A model generated the notes under the pieces. The model was not told the origin of the DNA and did no database searches. It saw only the letters and a program-made list of their open reading frames with translations. From a virus, in IMG/VR virus record IMGVR_UViG_3300019124_000018, positions 1 to 37,783 of that record: a stretch of DNA of 37,783 nucleotides. One strand, written 5' to 3'. The translations under genes were made by a program, and so were the position numbers. Shown here piece by piece: positions 1-7,423 of the stretch (the first letter of the stretch is position 1; each line of letters begins with the position of its first letter).

Positions 1-82
1 TCCGGTAAGCCGTTGGTCTAAATAAAACCCCTGCACACTCTTAATCAGCGGGTCCAAGGTTCGAGTCCTTGTACACCCACCA
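1..82 (+). ncRNA. 3' portion of a tRNA-like gene (T-arm CAAGG-TTCGAGT-CCTTG, acceptor 3' strand TACACCC, discriminator A, CCA). tmRNA (ssrA) end favoured over an ordinary tRNA. 5' part lies outside the window.
   Basis: T-arm and CCA seen at 55-82. The 54 nt upstream do not fold into D and anticodon arms, and the partner strand GGGTGTA is absent. Only a local helix is found: CCCCTG (28-33) pairing with CAG-c-GGG (46-52). Confidence 0.5.
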
Positions 83-119
83 TCCCCTAAGTATCTGATA
101 TTAAACGAGAATTGGCGCC
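1..119 (+). repeat. attL candidate (left copy of the perfect 119-nt direct repeat)
   Basis: Character-by-character identical to 37665-37783. Contains GGTTCGAGTCC T-loop, acceptor 3' strand and CCA (55-82) plus 37 nt downstream. Confidence 0.8.
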
Positions 120-147
120 CGGCAAGCCCGGAGAACGAACCGCGAAT

Positions 148-178
148 ACCAACTCGCCGTTGCCAACTCGTACCAACT
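148..178 (+). promoter_or_regulatory. Three direct repeats of (A/G)CCAACT (148-154, 162-168, 172-178): arm-type integrase-binding site candidates
   Basis: Repeats read directly. Located between the att core and the int 3' end. Confidence 0.35.
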
Positions 179-204
179 GTAAATGTTCGCCAAGCGTTCC
201 GCAT

Positions 205-236
205 GAAAAAGCCCGCCGGGATGACCCTGCGGGCTT
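205..236 (-). terminator. Rho-independent terminator downstream of int
   Basis: Hairpin 211-220/225-234 (9 of 10 bp, loop ATGA). On the minus strand it is followed by a TTTTT run (206-210), 27 nt after the int stop. Confidence 0.7.
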
Positions 237-262
237 CGTTGTTTCGGGCACGTTCGCCCGCG

Positions 263-1477
263 TCACCCATCATCCTGTCCGCCCTCCGCCGCCAAGCGCA
301 TCGACAGGGCGTCGTGCGCCATCTGCTCCGTCAGGACGCAGTAGCGCTCCAGGATGTTGTGCACGGTCGCCAGGCTGTGGCGCGAGATCGAGGCGATCAT
401 GGGGATGGTGACACCCGCCTCCGCCATCCGGGTGACGGCCGTGTGCCGGAGCCGCATGAACTGCAGCTGCGCCAGGTCCGGCCACAGGTCGGCACCGGCC
501 GCCTCGCCCGCACCGGCCGCCGCGGCGCGCACGATGGCGAAGTGATCCCGGAAGCGGTCCTCGTTGTAGGGGCAGCCGGCCGGATCCACGACGATGGTCC
601 GCGCCGCCACCCGGGCGCGCTGCTGCCGCTCACGGGCGACCTCCAGCCGGTCGACCAGCTTGCGCACCGAGCGCACCGGCAGCACGGCATAGGCGCCGGT
701 CTTGTGCTGGAAGAAGCGCAGCCGCCCGTCCCGGTACATCCCCCAATCCCAGCTGATCACGTCGCCCTCGCGCTGCCCCAGCCACTCGTTGAGCAGCACG
801 GCATCGCCGATGCCATGGTAGCCGAGCCGATCCGCCCAGCGGACGAAGGCCACGACATGCTCCGGCGACGGCAACCAAGGCAGGTTCCGGCGCACGCCGC
901 GCACCTCCACGTCCAGCCAGGGATTGCGGGTGCATAGGTCCTCGGACAGGCCCCACTTCCAAAGCGTCCGGCCCATGACGATGACGGCGTTGGCCTTGGT
1001 CGGGGTCGCCTGCCGCAGCGCCTGGTAGAAGGTCTTGATCGGCTTGGCGTTGATGGAGCCTGACGGGAGGTCGCCGCACCATTTGCGGATTTCCTCCAGG
1101 TTCTGCTCGTAGCTTCGCCGGGTGCGCGGCTTCAGCTCGGCGAACTCTGGGCTCTTGAGGTACTTGGTCACCAGCCAGTTGACGGTGCCGGGAACGGCCG
1201 GCGGCCGCGCTAGCCGCTCGCGCGTCGAGGGATGGGCGGACACGCGCTTCAGGTCGAGGATGACCGGCGGCACCGAGGTGATCTTCCCCGTCCGCCACTC
1301 CGCCACCAGCGCGTTGATGCGTGTCGCCAGCTCGCGCGCCTCCTCCGGATTGTCCATGCCCAGCGGCACGGTCGGCCAGCCGGCGCGCGCCAGCTCCGGG
1401 TTGGGCTCCCAGCTGTAGCGCGTGCAGCCACCGGCGGCGGCTCGGGCGCGGAGATAGGGAACGTCTTTTTTCGGCAT
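263..1477 (-). CDS. int: Tyrosine recombinase / phage integrase
   Basis: Start chosen at MPKKDV, preceded by GGGGGAG. C-terminal catalytic motifs LRHTAVTRM and SRHS...ERY are present. Adjacent to att. The ORF-track N-terminal extension to 1966 is Arg/Pro-rich and overlaps the next gene. Confidence 0.9.
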   Translation of the reverse strand: MPKKDVPYLRARAAAGGCTRYSWEPNPELARAGWPTVPLGMDNPEEARELATRINALVAEWRTGKITSVPPVILDLKRVSAHPSTRERLARPPAVPGTVNWLVTKYLKSPEFAELKPRTRRSYEQNLEEIRKWCGDLPSGSINAKPIKTFYQALRQATPTKANAVIVMGRTLWKWGLSEDLCTRNPWLDVEVRGVRRNLPWLPSPEHVVAFVRWADRLGYHGIGDAVLLNEWLGQREGDVISWDWGMYRDGRLRFFQHKTGAYAVLPVRSVRKLVDRLEVARERQQRARVAARTIVVDPAGCPYNEDRFRDHFAIVRAAAAGAGEAAGADLWPDLAQLQFMRLRHTAVTRMAEAGVTIPMIASISRHSLATVHNILERYCVLTEQMAHDALSMRLAAEGGQDDG

Positions 1478-1536
1478 GCTCGTCTCCCCCGACTGGGGCT
1501 GCAGTGTAGGCGCCATCCTCGCGCCCTGGTCAATGG

Positions 1537-2175
1537 TCAGGCGGCCCATCGCTTCTCGCGCTCGGCCACGACCTCGGCATTCTCCCGGCCGCGCGGGAAG
1601 TATCTGTAGACGGTCTGCTTGGTCACTCCGACCTGGGTCGCGATCTCCTGCATGCTCATGGCGTCCGGCCCGTTGTCGGCCAACAGCGACAGCAGCGCGC
1701 GGCGCTTGATCGGGTCGATGGTCGGCTTCCGCCCGCCTCGGCGGCCGCGCGCATTGGCGGCCGCCAGTCCGGCATTGGTGCGCTCCCGCAGGACGCCGCG
1801 CTCGAACTCGGCGAAGGCCGCCAGCATGTGAAACATCAGCGTGCCCACGGCGCTGCCTGTGTCGAACGCCTCGGTCAGGCTTTTCAGGTGGGCGCCGCTC
1901 TCCCGGATTTGATTGGTCAGGGCACAGAGGTCGACCATGGTGCGGCCGAGCCGGTCGAGGCGCCATACCACCAGCGTATCGCCTGGGCGAAGCGCCTTCA
2001 GCGCCGCCTCCAGTCCGGGCCGTTTCGCCTTCACAGCGCTCATCTGGTCGGAGTAGAGGCGTGCCGGGTCTACGCCGGCTTTCGCCATGGCGTCGCGCTG
2101 CAGGTCCAGCTTCTGGTCGTCGGTGCTGACGCGGGCGTAGCCGATCATCAGGCCGGTGGAGGCTTCCTCGCTCAT
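1537..2175 (-). CDS. Small serine recombinase (resolvase/invertase family) with C-terminal HTH
   Basis: IGYARVSTDDQ catalytic-Ser motif, VWRLDRLGR, FERGVLRERT, C-terminal HTH (IATQVGVTKQTVYRY). GGAGG lies upstream of the ATG. Confidence 0.9.
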   Translation of the reverse strand: MSEEASTGLMIGYARVSTDDQKLDLQRDAMAKAGVDPARLYSDQMSAVKAKRPGLEAALKALRPGDTLVVWRLDRLGRTMVDLCALTNQIRESGAHLKSLTEAFDTGSAVGTLMFHMLAAFAEFERGVLRERTNAGLAAANARGRRGGRKPTIDPIKRRALLSLLADNGPDAMSMQEIATQVGVTKQTVYRYFPRGRENAEVVAEREKRWAA

Positions 2176-2753
2176 GCCGCCTCCAGCGCCGGTGGGCGGC
2201 GGCCCCAGCCTTGCGCGGATGCCAGGGCGTAGAGCGTCGAGGGGGAGACCTTGACCGGTGGCGTGGTGGTAGCCGCCAGCAGCTCGATCACCTCGGCCAC
2301 GGTCAGGCTCTTGTCCAGCCAGTAGCGCTTTGCGAGGGCCAGGTTCCGGCCCTCCAGCTTCTTGCGCCGCGCCGGCGGCCGGCCCCGTGCGCGGCTGCGC
2401 GCGGGCGCTGTGCGCTCGCGGTCATAGCTCCTGGCCGCCGCCGTCAGGCTGGATAGGAGCGGCGCCTGGGCTTCCGTCACCTCCAGCCCGTCGAGGGTCC
2501 GTAGGCAGGCGCGCGCGACCAGGATGCGGGAGAGCCGGACCAGCAGTTCCCGCCGGGGTGCCAGCCGGTCGAGCGTGGTGACCAGCACCACGTCGCCGGG
2601 GCGCAGCGCCTGGACCAGCTCGGCCGCCTGGTCGTCTTCGCCTGTGTCGTCGCGGTAGATGTAGCGGCGCCCGACTCCGGCGGCGTGCAGCTGGTCGGCC
2701 TGGGCGTCGAGGGCGGCGGAGCGCCAGGAGGCGCGGGCGTAGCCTAAAAGCAT
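2172..2753 (-). CDS. Divergent, shortened serine-recombinase-like protein
   Basis: LLGYARAS (Ser retained), TTLDRLAPRR, and RERT remnants. Its stop overlaps the start of the downstream recombinase (ATGA at 2172-2175). Confidence 0.6.
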   Translation of the reverse strand: MLLGYARASWRSAALDAQADQLHAAGVGRRYIYRDDTGEDDQAAELVQALRPGDVVLVTTLDRLAPRRELLVRLSRILVARACLRTLDGLEVTEAQAPLLSSLTAAARSYDRERTAPARSRARGRPPARRKKLEGRNLALAKRYWLDKSLTVAEVIELLAATTTPPVKVSPSTLYALASAQGWGRRPPALEAA

Positions 2754-2757
2754 GGTC

Positions 2758-2859
2758 TCAGATCGGTTCCCATTCGAGCACGGTCAGCTTGGTGCCCGCC
2801 TGCGCAGCCTGTGGGCCGAGCGCCAGCAGCGCGGCAATCGCGATCGCCTTTTTATTCAT
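2758..2859 (-). CDS. 33-aa signal-peptide-like microprotein (MNKKAIAIAALLALGPQAAQA/GTKLTVLEWEPI)
   Basis: Not in the ORF track (<60 aa). GGGAG 8 nt upstream of the ATG. Stop lies 4 nt before the next start. N-region, hydrophobic core and an AQA motif are present. Confidence 0.4.
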   Translation of the reverse strand: MNKKAIAIAALLALGPQAAQAGTKLTVLEWEPI

Positions 2860-2918
2860 CAGTTCGGCTCCCAAACCCTTAGAGGCTGAATGAAGGCGCC
2901 TCTTTCCCTTCCGTTCGG

Positions 2919-3128
2919 TTACGAGACATGGCGACAGAGGGCACCGCGCTCCCAGCCGCCGCCCGCGTGATCTATCAGCACGCCATTCGCTTCCAAGGTA
3001 ACGAGGTGGCGGGAGTTCATGGGGTCAGCGGCCTCACTCTCGAAAGTCACTCGCGCACGATCACGGTTGATTGTGAGCGCGTAGCGAATGCCGAGCGGGA
3101 CGTTTCTCACTTCATAGATTGTCGGCAT
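2919..3128 (-). CDS. Hypothetical early protein (69 aa)
   Basis: ORF with GAAGGA upstream. Lower-GC patch. Confidence 0.5.
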   Translation of the reverse strand: MPTIYEVRNVPLGIRYALTINRDRARVTFESEAADPMNSRHLVTLEANGVLIDHAGGGWERGALCRHVS

Positions 3129-3171
3129 GTCCCTGATCCTTCGCTGATGGTCGTCATGGCTGGCCCGTCGT

Positions 3172-3282
3172 TCAGATGAGGCGCCAGCGGCGCGGCTTGG
3201 GCATCGGCCGAAGCCGCCGCATCGCCCTGAGCTGACGGGCGAGGATTTCGGCTATCGTGACCGGGCGGGCGGGGTCGAACAT
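3172..3282 (-). CDS. Hypothetical basic microprotein (36 aa, MFDPARPVTIAEILARQLRAMRRL...)
   Basis: Not in the ORF track. GGAGAG upstream. Fills the gap in the operon. Confidence 0.4.
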   Translation of the reverse strand: MFDPARPVTIAEILARQLRAMRRLRPMPKPRRWRLI

Positions 3283-3300
3283 CGTGCTCTCCGGGTTCGG

Positions 3301-3534
3301 TTATGCGCCTGCTTCGGCCTTGGCGGCCTGCCAGATGCGGGCGGAGTATTCGTTGATCTCGCAGCGCTCCATCCCGGCGGCCTTGAAGCGGCGGGCAGCG
3401 CGGCGGGCGAACTTGGCACGGCCTGCCGGGTCACGGCGGAACTGGCGCGCCATGCCGATCACGTCGAACATGGCAGCCTCCAGCTCCGCGAACGTTACGC
3501 CGGCTACCTCCTCCTCTGGCGTCATGGCCTCCAT
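3301..3534 (-). CDS. Hypothetical early protein (77 aa; alternative start at 3525)
   Basis: ORF. The SD-like GAAGGA is better spaced for the ATG at 3525. Confidence 0.55.
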   Translation of the reverse strand: MEAMTPEEEVAGVTFAELEAAMFDVIGMARQFRRDPAGRAKFARRAARRFKAAGMERCEINEYSARIWQAAKAEAGA

Positions 3535-3542
3535 CCTTCGTT

Positions 3543-3734
3543 TTAGGCGGCGTCTTCGGCGGCGCTCTGGCTGGCGGCGTCGATCTCCGCCTCCAGCACG
3601 TCCGCCGGGGTCTGGCCGTCGTCGTAGAGCCCGCGATAGTCCTCATCGGCGTCAGCCAGGAAGGCGGAGAAGCCTTTCTCCGTGGCGAGGGCGCGGAGAT
3701 CGGCAATCCACTTCTCAAAGGTCGGCTTGCTCAT
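3543..3734 (-). CDS. Hypothetical acidic early protein (63 aa)
   Basis: ORF with AAAGGA 8 nt upstream. Confidence 0.55.
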   Translation of the reverse strand: MSKPTFEKWIADLRALATEKGFSAFLADADEDYRGLYDDGQTPADVLEAEIDAASQSAAEDAA

Positions 3735-3758
3735 GGTGCTGGTCCTTTCAGGGTTCGG

Positions 3759-3992
3759 TTATGCGGCGGCTTCGTGCTGGATGCGCTCGGCCATCTCGCG
3801 GCCTATCGCGACCCGGCACACGGAGCCGTCGAGGGTGATGAGGTGAGACGCCATCGCCGCAGCGATGACATGGGCGGGTGCATCGTCGGGCAGTGCCGAG
3901 CCAGCGCCAGCCGACAGGCACAGGTCGGCGACGTAGCGCTCGGCGGCCTCGAAGTCTTCCCGCGTGATGGAGTGGCTGCGTCCGTCGCTCAT
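3759..3992 (-). CDS. Hypothetical early protein (77 aa, start MSDGRSH)
   Basis: Internal Met of the 132-aa ORF. The upstream part of that ORF is better explained by the 57-aa ORF in another frame. Confidence 0.45.
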   Translation of the reverse strand: MSDGRSHSITREDFEAAERYVADLCLSAGAGSALPDDAPAHVIAAAMASHLITLDGSVCRVAIGREMAERIQHEAAA

Positions 3993-4020
3993 GGCAGTTC
4001 CGTTCGTTTGGCTGCTGGTG

Positions 4021-4194
4021 TCAGAACCACTCGATTTCGAGCGGACCAACGAACAGGCGGCGGTAGCCCGGCTTCCCGGAAGGCCGTGTGAAACGCAGTC
4101 GCCAACGGCTATGCAGTGCAAACAGCAGGTGTCGCTGCCCGCGCAAGAACGACACATAGGGGGCGGGTAGCCCGGCCCTGCGTATGCGGATCAT
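4021..4194 (-). CDS. Hypothetical basic protein (57 aa, MIRIRRAGLPAPYVSFLRG...GPLEIEWF)
   Basis: Not in the ORF track. Its ATG overlaps the stop of the upstream gene (ATGA at 4191-4194). Third-position GC is coding-like. Confidence 0.45.
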   Translation of the reverse strand: MIRIRRAGLPAPYVSFLRGQRHLLFALHSRWRLRFTRPSGKPGYRRLFVGPLEIEWF

Positions 4195-4415
4195 GCAGTC
4201 GTCCCCGCCTCATGGTGCCAGAGGAAGGCGCAGTAGTTCGCCACGTCCAGCGGGTCGCCCTTGGCGAGATGGCGGTGCAGATCGTCGCGCATCGGGCCGA
4301 TCCGGGCAGGGTCAAGAAAATCGTCCGCACGGCCATACTTCTGCTCCGCTTTGCGGAGTTTCTCCTTCATAGCGGCGGCGAAGCGGTCAACGAGATCGTC
4401 GGTAGCTTGTGACAT
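4191..4415 (-). CDS. Hypothetical helical protein (74 aa), faintly reminiscent of MazG/dNTP-pyrophosphohydrolase N-terminal-like phage domains
   Basis: GAAGGAG upstream. The motif KYGR...HRHLAKGDPLDVANY comes from recall only. Confidence 0.5.
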   Translation of the reverse strand: MSQATDDLVDRFAAAMKEKLRKAEQKYGRADDFLDPARIGPMRDDLHRHLAKGDPLDVANYCAFLWHHEAGTTA

Positions 4416-4433
4416 GGTGCTGTTCTCCTTCGA

Positions 4434-4634
4434 TTACGGTTCGGGCAACTCGGCCACGTTGACCGGGTTCTTCATCACGAAGTCGCCCTCGTTGACGGCG
4501 ATCAGGATGCAATCGCCCATCTTGTTGAGCGGCGACTGGCGGATCTTCTCCCGCTGCTCCGGCGTCGGATCGATCGGCAAGTAGTGCAGCGGCTGCTTCG
4601 CCAGCATCTCGTTGATCTTGTTCTGGTCGGCCAT
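4434..4634 (-). CDS. Hypothetical early protein (66 aa)
   Basis: ORF with ACGGAG upstream. Confidence 0.55.
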   Translation of the reverse strand: MADQNKINEMLAKQPLHYLPIDPTPEQREKIRQSPLNKMGDCILIAVNEGDFVMKNPVNVAELPEP

Positions 4635-4651
4635 GGTCGCGGCTCCGTTCG

Positions 4652-4825
4652 TTATCGGACGTGGTCGTAAGCGACCCAGGTGCAGCCGACGAATGCCGCG
4701 AAGACGAACAGCGCGACAGGTGCCCAGGCGTGGACATGGGTGCCCAGGAAGACGATCAGGCCGACGAAGGCCGCGATGGCGGTGATGAACAGCAGGCCGA
4801 TCCCCATTGCTTTCATGAGGCGCAT
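4652..4825 (-). CDS. Small 2-TM membrane protein (57 aa from MRLMKAMG; GTG at 4846 is an alternative start)
   Basis: Two hydrophobic segments. AAGGA 9 nt upstream of the ATG at 4825. Confidence 0.5.
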   Translation of the reverse strand: MRLMKAMGIGLLFITAIAAFVGLIVFLGTHVHAWAPVALFVFAAFVGCTWVAYDHVR

Positions 4826-4842
4826 GGCTTTGGGTCCTTGGT

Positions 4843-5307
4843 TCACGTGCTGGTGTGGCGCAGGAGCGCGGCTTGAAGTTCGGCTATCTCGCGGTCGCGG
4901 TCCGCCAGGGCTTCTTGCAGCGCACGGATGGTTGTCACCATCCGAGGCCAGTCCTCGCGCGCATCCAGACAGGTTCGGGCCATCTCGTGAAAGTCGGCCG
5001 GGTGCGAGAGGTCAAGACCGCCGGCTTCGCGCGTGAGGCCGAGACGTTGCAGGGTGCTGTAGATCGCTTCGCCGTTGTGCGCGACCCGGTCCAGCTCAGC
5101 GGGTGACAGCGGCTTGGTCGCCATCTCGCTCGGCGTGAAGTCGTGTCTGTAGCGGACCAGCGTCATGCCGTGTTGCTCGGCCGCGTGCCGAACGTCATCA
5201 AGCGGCAGGGACCGCAGCCTCTCGTAATAGTCGGCCGTCAGGTCGGCCAGTGCCGCCTCAATCCGACGCCGGGCCTTGTCGGCCGGGTGCTCGCTCTGCT
5301 GCTCCAC
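4843..5307 (-). CDS. Hypothetical early protein (154 aa, GTG start)
   Basis: ORF with TGGAG 8 nt upstream. Confidence 0.6.
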   Translation of the reverse strand: MEQQSEHPADKARRRIEAALADLTADYYERLRSLPLDDVRHAAEQHGMTLVRYRHDFTPSEMATKPLSPAELDRVAHNGEAIYSTLQRLGLTREAGGLDLSHPADFHEMARTCLDAREDWPRMVTTIRALQEALADRDREIAELQAALLRHTST

Positions 5308-5323
5308 AGCGATACTCCAACTG

Positions 5324-5563
5324 TCAGGTGCGTTCGAAGGTCAGGCTCTCGGGGGTCAGGACGACGCGATAGCTCGGCGCCATCTCACTGGGGTGAACCG
5401 CGTCAAAGTCAGCGCTGAAGCCCAGGTATTCCACCTCGTCACGCTCGTAATCGTACCGGGTCTCGACCGGAACGAACCGGCTGAAGACCCTCTGGCAGTC
5501 GGGTGTCAGCCCTAGCAAAGGGCGGGCAATACGGATGCGGCCAAGCTGGCGGTGTTCGCTCAT
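5324..5563 (-). CDS. Hypothetical early protein (79 aa)
   Basis: ORF with GGAAGGA upstream. Confidence 0.6.
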   Translation of the reverse strand: MSEHRQLGRIRIARPLLGLTPDCQRVFSRFVPVETRYDYERDEVEYLGFSADFDAVHPSEMAPSYRVVLTPESLTFERT

Positions 5564-5564
5564 C

Positions 5565-5657
5565 TCAGAGGTCCTTCCGGCGGCTGCCTACAGCCCAGCC
5601 AAGCGCGGCGCATATAGCCCCCGCGAGCATCAGAGCGATGAAGGTGTATGCGTCCAT
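5565..5657 (-). CDS. 30-aa single-TM microprotein (MDAYTFIALMLAGAICAALGWAVGSRRKDL)
   Basis: Not in the ORF track. GAAGGAAA upstream. Its stop lies 1 nt before the next start. Confidence 0.4.
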   Translation of the reverse strand: MDAYTFIALMLAGAICAALGWAVGSRRKDL

Positions 5658-5672
5658 AGCGGTTTCCTTCGG

Positions 5673-6041
5673 TTAGGTGGTGGCGGAGCGGAGGGCGGCG
5701 TCGATCTGCCCCATCAACGTCAGGCCGCCCCACACGCTGGTGATGATGGCCTCCCGCGCATCCTCGTCGCTGGCCAACTTCTCCAGCGCCGCATGCAGGG
5801 CGGGTGCCGCCGCTATGAGGCGAGCGTTGGCCTCAGCGGGGAACTGGCCGTTGATGTCCTCATCGTGGACTGTCGCCAGCGTCCCGGTGTGCGGCTGGCG
5901 CGTCCACACGGAGAACTCGCCTTTGGTATCGCCGCGACCTACAAGCCAAGGCCCCGGTGTATGCTCGATCTGTGTCATTGTCGTCTGTCCACGTTCTTTT
6001 CCGAATAGGCTGTCAGTCGTCACGGTGAAGCCGGAGGGCAT
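5673..6041 (-). CDS. Hypothetical protein with HTPGPW motif (122 aa; alternative start at 5978)
   Basis: ORF. TAATG coupling at 6041 with the upstream gene. Confidence 0.55.
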   Translation of the reverse strand: MPSGFTVTTDSLFGKERGQTTMTQIEHTPGPWLVGRGDTKGEFSVWTRQPHTGTLATVHDEDINGQFPAEANARLIAAAPALHAALEKLASDEDAREAIITSVWGGLTLMGQIDAALRSATT

Positions 6042-6427
6042 TAAGTGACGGTGTTGCGCGAAAGCGGGGCGGGATCAGGCGCTTGCGCGTTCGCCAGTCT
6101 CAGCAGCACATCGGCATGGCAGGGCTGGTCCAGCGGGCACCAGCAGGCAAGGTCGCGGCCACGAAGCTGTGGCAGGTACTCGCGCACGAAGTCCGCATAA
6201 GCCCAGTGCAGTGTGCTCGGATGCCGGTCCCTGGCGAACTGAAGGCCGCCTGGCTCAATGCTGAAGCAGCGCTCTCCGCCCCCGATCAAGTCGCCGTAAG
6301 CCGCGACCGCTTTCGCCGGATCAGGGTGGGTGAAGGGGTTGCCCCAGATCGTCGGGCGGCCGACATAGACGGCGCCTTCCGGCATTCGCCAGCCCTTGGT
6401 GCGCTTCCGCTGAATACGTTGTGGCAT
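6041..6427 (-). CDS. DUF4326-like protein
   Basis: N-terminal RKRTKGWRMP...YVGRPTIWGNPF and C-terminal RGRDLACWCP...CHADVLL motifs, typical of this family by recall. Confidence 0.7.
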   Translation of the reverse strand: MPQRIQRKRTKGWRMPEGAVYVGRPTIWGNPFTHPDPAKAVAAYGDLIGGGERCFSIEPGGLQFARDRHPSTLHWAYADFVREYLPQLRGRDLACWCPLDQPCHADVLLRLANAQAPDPAPLSRNTVT

Positions 6428-6449
6428 GGGTCAGGCTCCATAACGGGCG

Positions 6450-7181
6450 TCAGGCGGTGGCCGGCTGCGCGAACAGATCGAGCAGAGAGCCCGGCGCGCT
6501 GCCGATGATGTGGATGAACTCGGTGGCCTTGCCCTTGCTAGACTTGAAGTCTCCCAGCGGCACGAAGGGCAGCCAGTCGGCGCCCGGCCCCTCGCAGGCG
6601 ACCATCATTCCGCGCCGCGTGCGGCACCAGGCGCCGAGGCCGGCGAAGTCGTTGAAGCCGACCCGGTAGAACTTCCCCTTGTCGCCGTAGGGCGGGTCCA
6701 CGTACCAAGTCGCCTCAATGTCCGGCGCCTCGGTATAGGGCGCGTTCACGATGCTCCAGCCGGCCAAGGCCGGAAGCTGGGTGGCGATGCGCTCCTTGGC
6801 GCGGGCGCCCCAGTTAAGCTGAGCCCGGTCATTGCGGGCGGAGTAGGCGGTGCGGGACTTCTTCGGGGTCGCGCTGCCGCGGTTCAGCCAGAAGCCGATC
6901 AGCCACTTGGCCTCCTGCGGCAGGGCGTAATTATCCACGCTGTCCCCCACCTCCGGCATCTCAGGCAGCGCCATGATCTCGGCAGCGGGCGCCCGCATAA
7001 GGTAGGACCAGACACCGGCCACGATGGGATCGGCGTCGTAGAGCATCACGCGCGGGCAGTCGTAGAAGGTCGAGTAGCCGGCGCCGCCGGCGAAGGGCTC
7101 CACCACCACGTCATGGGCCGGGCGCGGGTAGTGGCGCGCGATGTTCCACTTGGACCCGTAATAGGGAAAGAAGGGGCGCAT
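6450..7181 (-). CDS. N6-adenine DNA methyltransferase (Dam/D12-class-like), no partner endonuclease seen
   Basis: YYGSKW, EPFAGGAG (AdoMet binding) and DPPY catalytic motif. AGGAG upstream. Confidence 0.85.
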   Translation of the reverse strand: MRPFFPYYGSKWNIARHYPRPAHDVVVEPFAGGAGYSTFYDCPRVMLYDADPIVAGVWSYLMRAPAAEIMALPEMPEVGDSVDNYALPQEAKWLIGFWLNRGSATPKKSRTAYSARNDRAQLNWGARAKERIATQLPALAGWSIVNAPYTEAPDIEATWYVDPPYGDKGKFYRVGFNDFAGLGAWCRTRRGMMVACEGPGADWLPFVPLGDFKSSKGKATEFIHIIGSAPGSLLDLFAQPATA

Positions 7182-7204
7182 TTAGCGGGCTCCTAGACGG
7201 GCAT

Positions 7205-7423
7205 TCACGTTCCGGGCGGGTTCACGCCGCCCAGGGCGGAGCGGCGGGCGCGCGTGTGGTCGCGGAGAGCGGACCAGAGCGGTGGGGCTTCCGAGCCGAG
7301 CGCGGCGATGGCTGCACGGTTCGTGCGCAGGTAGTCGTGCAGCCCAGCCGCGCTGTCCGCCAGCTCGACGCCCAGGCGCAGCGCGGCCGCCAGCGCCGCC
7401 GCTCCCGCCGGCTCACGGTGCAC
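7205..7423 (-). CDS. Hypothetical protein (72 aa, GTG start)
   Basis: ORF overlapping the upstream gene by 11 nt. Weak support. Confidence 0.35.
   Translation of the reverse strand: MHREPAGAAALAAALRLGVELADSAAGLHDYLRTNRAAIAALGSEAPPLWSALRDHTRARRSALGGVNPPGT

Noticed and set aside
1-82. Canonical tRNA gene (including long-variable-arm or selenocysteine types)
   Set aside because: No D-arm or anticodon arm could be drawn by hand and no acceptor 5' strand is present, although 82 nt precede the 3' end. A CU-CUU-AA loop (38-44) looks Lys-like, but its flanking stems do not pair. Kept only as a tRNA-like/tmRNA end.
112-937. Plus-strand ORFs 112-411 and 203-937, including an ANTNSPLP stretch that superficially recalls a tmRNA tag
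   Set aside because: They overlap the integrase gene in antisense and the int terminator. The peptide does not end in the hydrophobic AA-stop expected of a tag. No acceptor 5' strand (GGGTGTA) is present nearby.
263-1966. Full 567-aa version of the integrase ORF
   Set aside because: The N-terminal 163 codons are Arg/Pro/Gly-rich and overlap the resolvase gene on the same strand. An internal ATG with a GGGGGAG SD gives a normal ~400-aa integrase.
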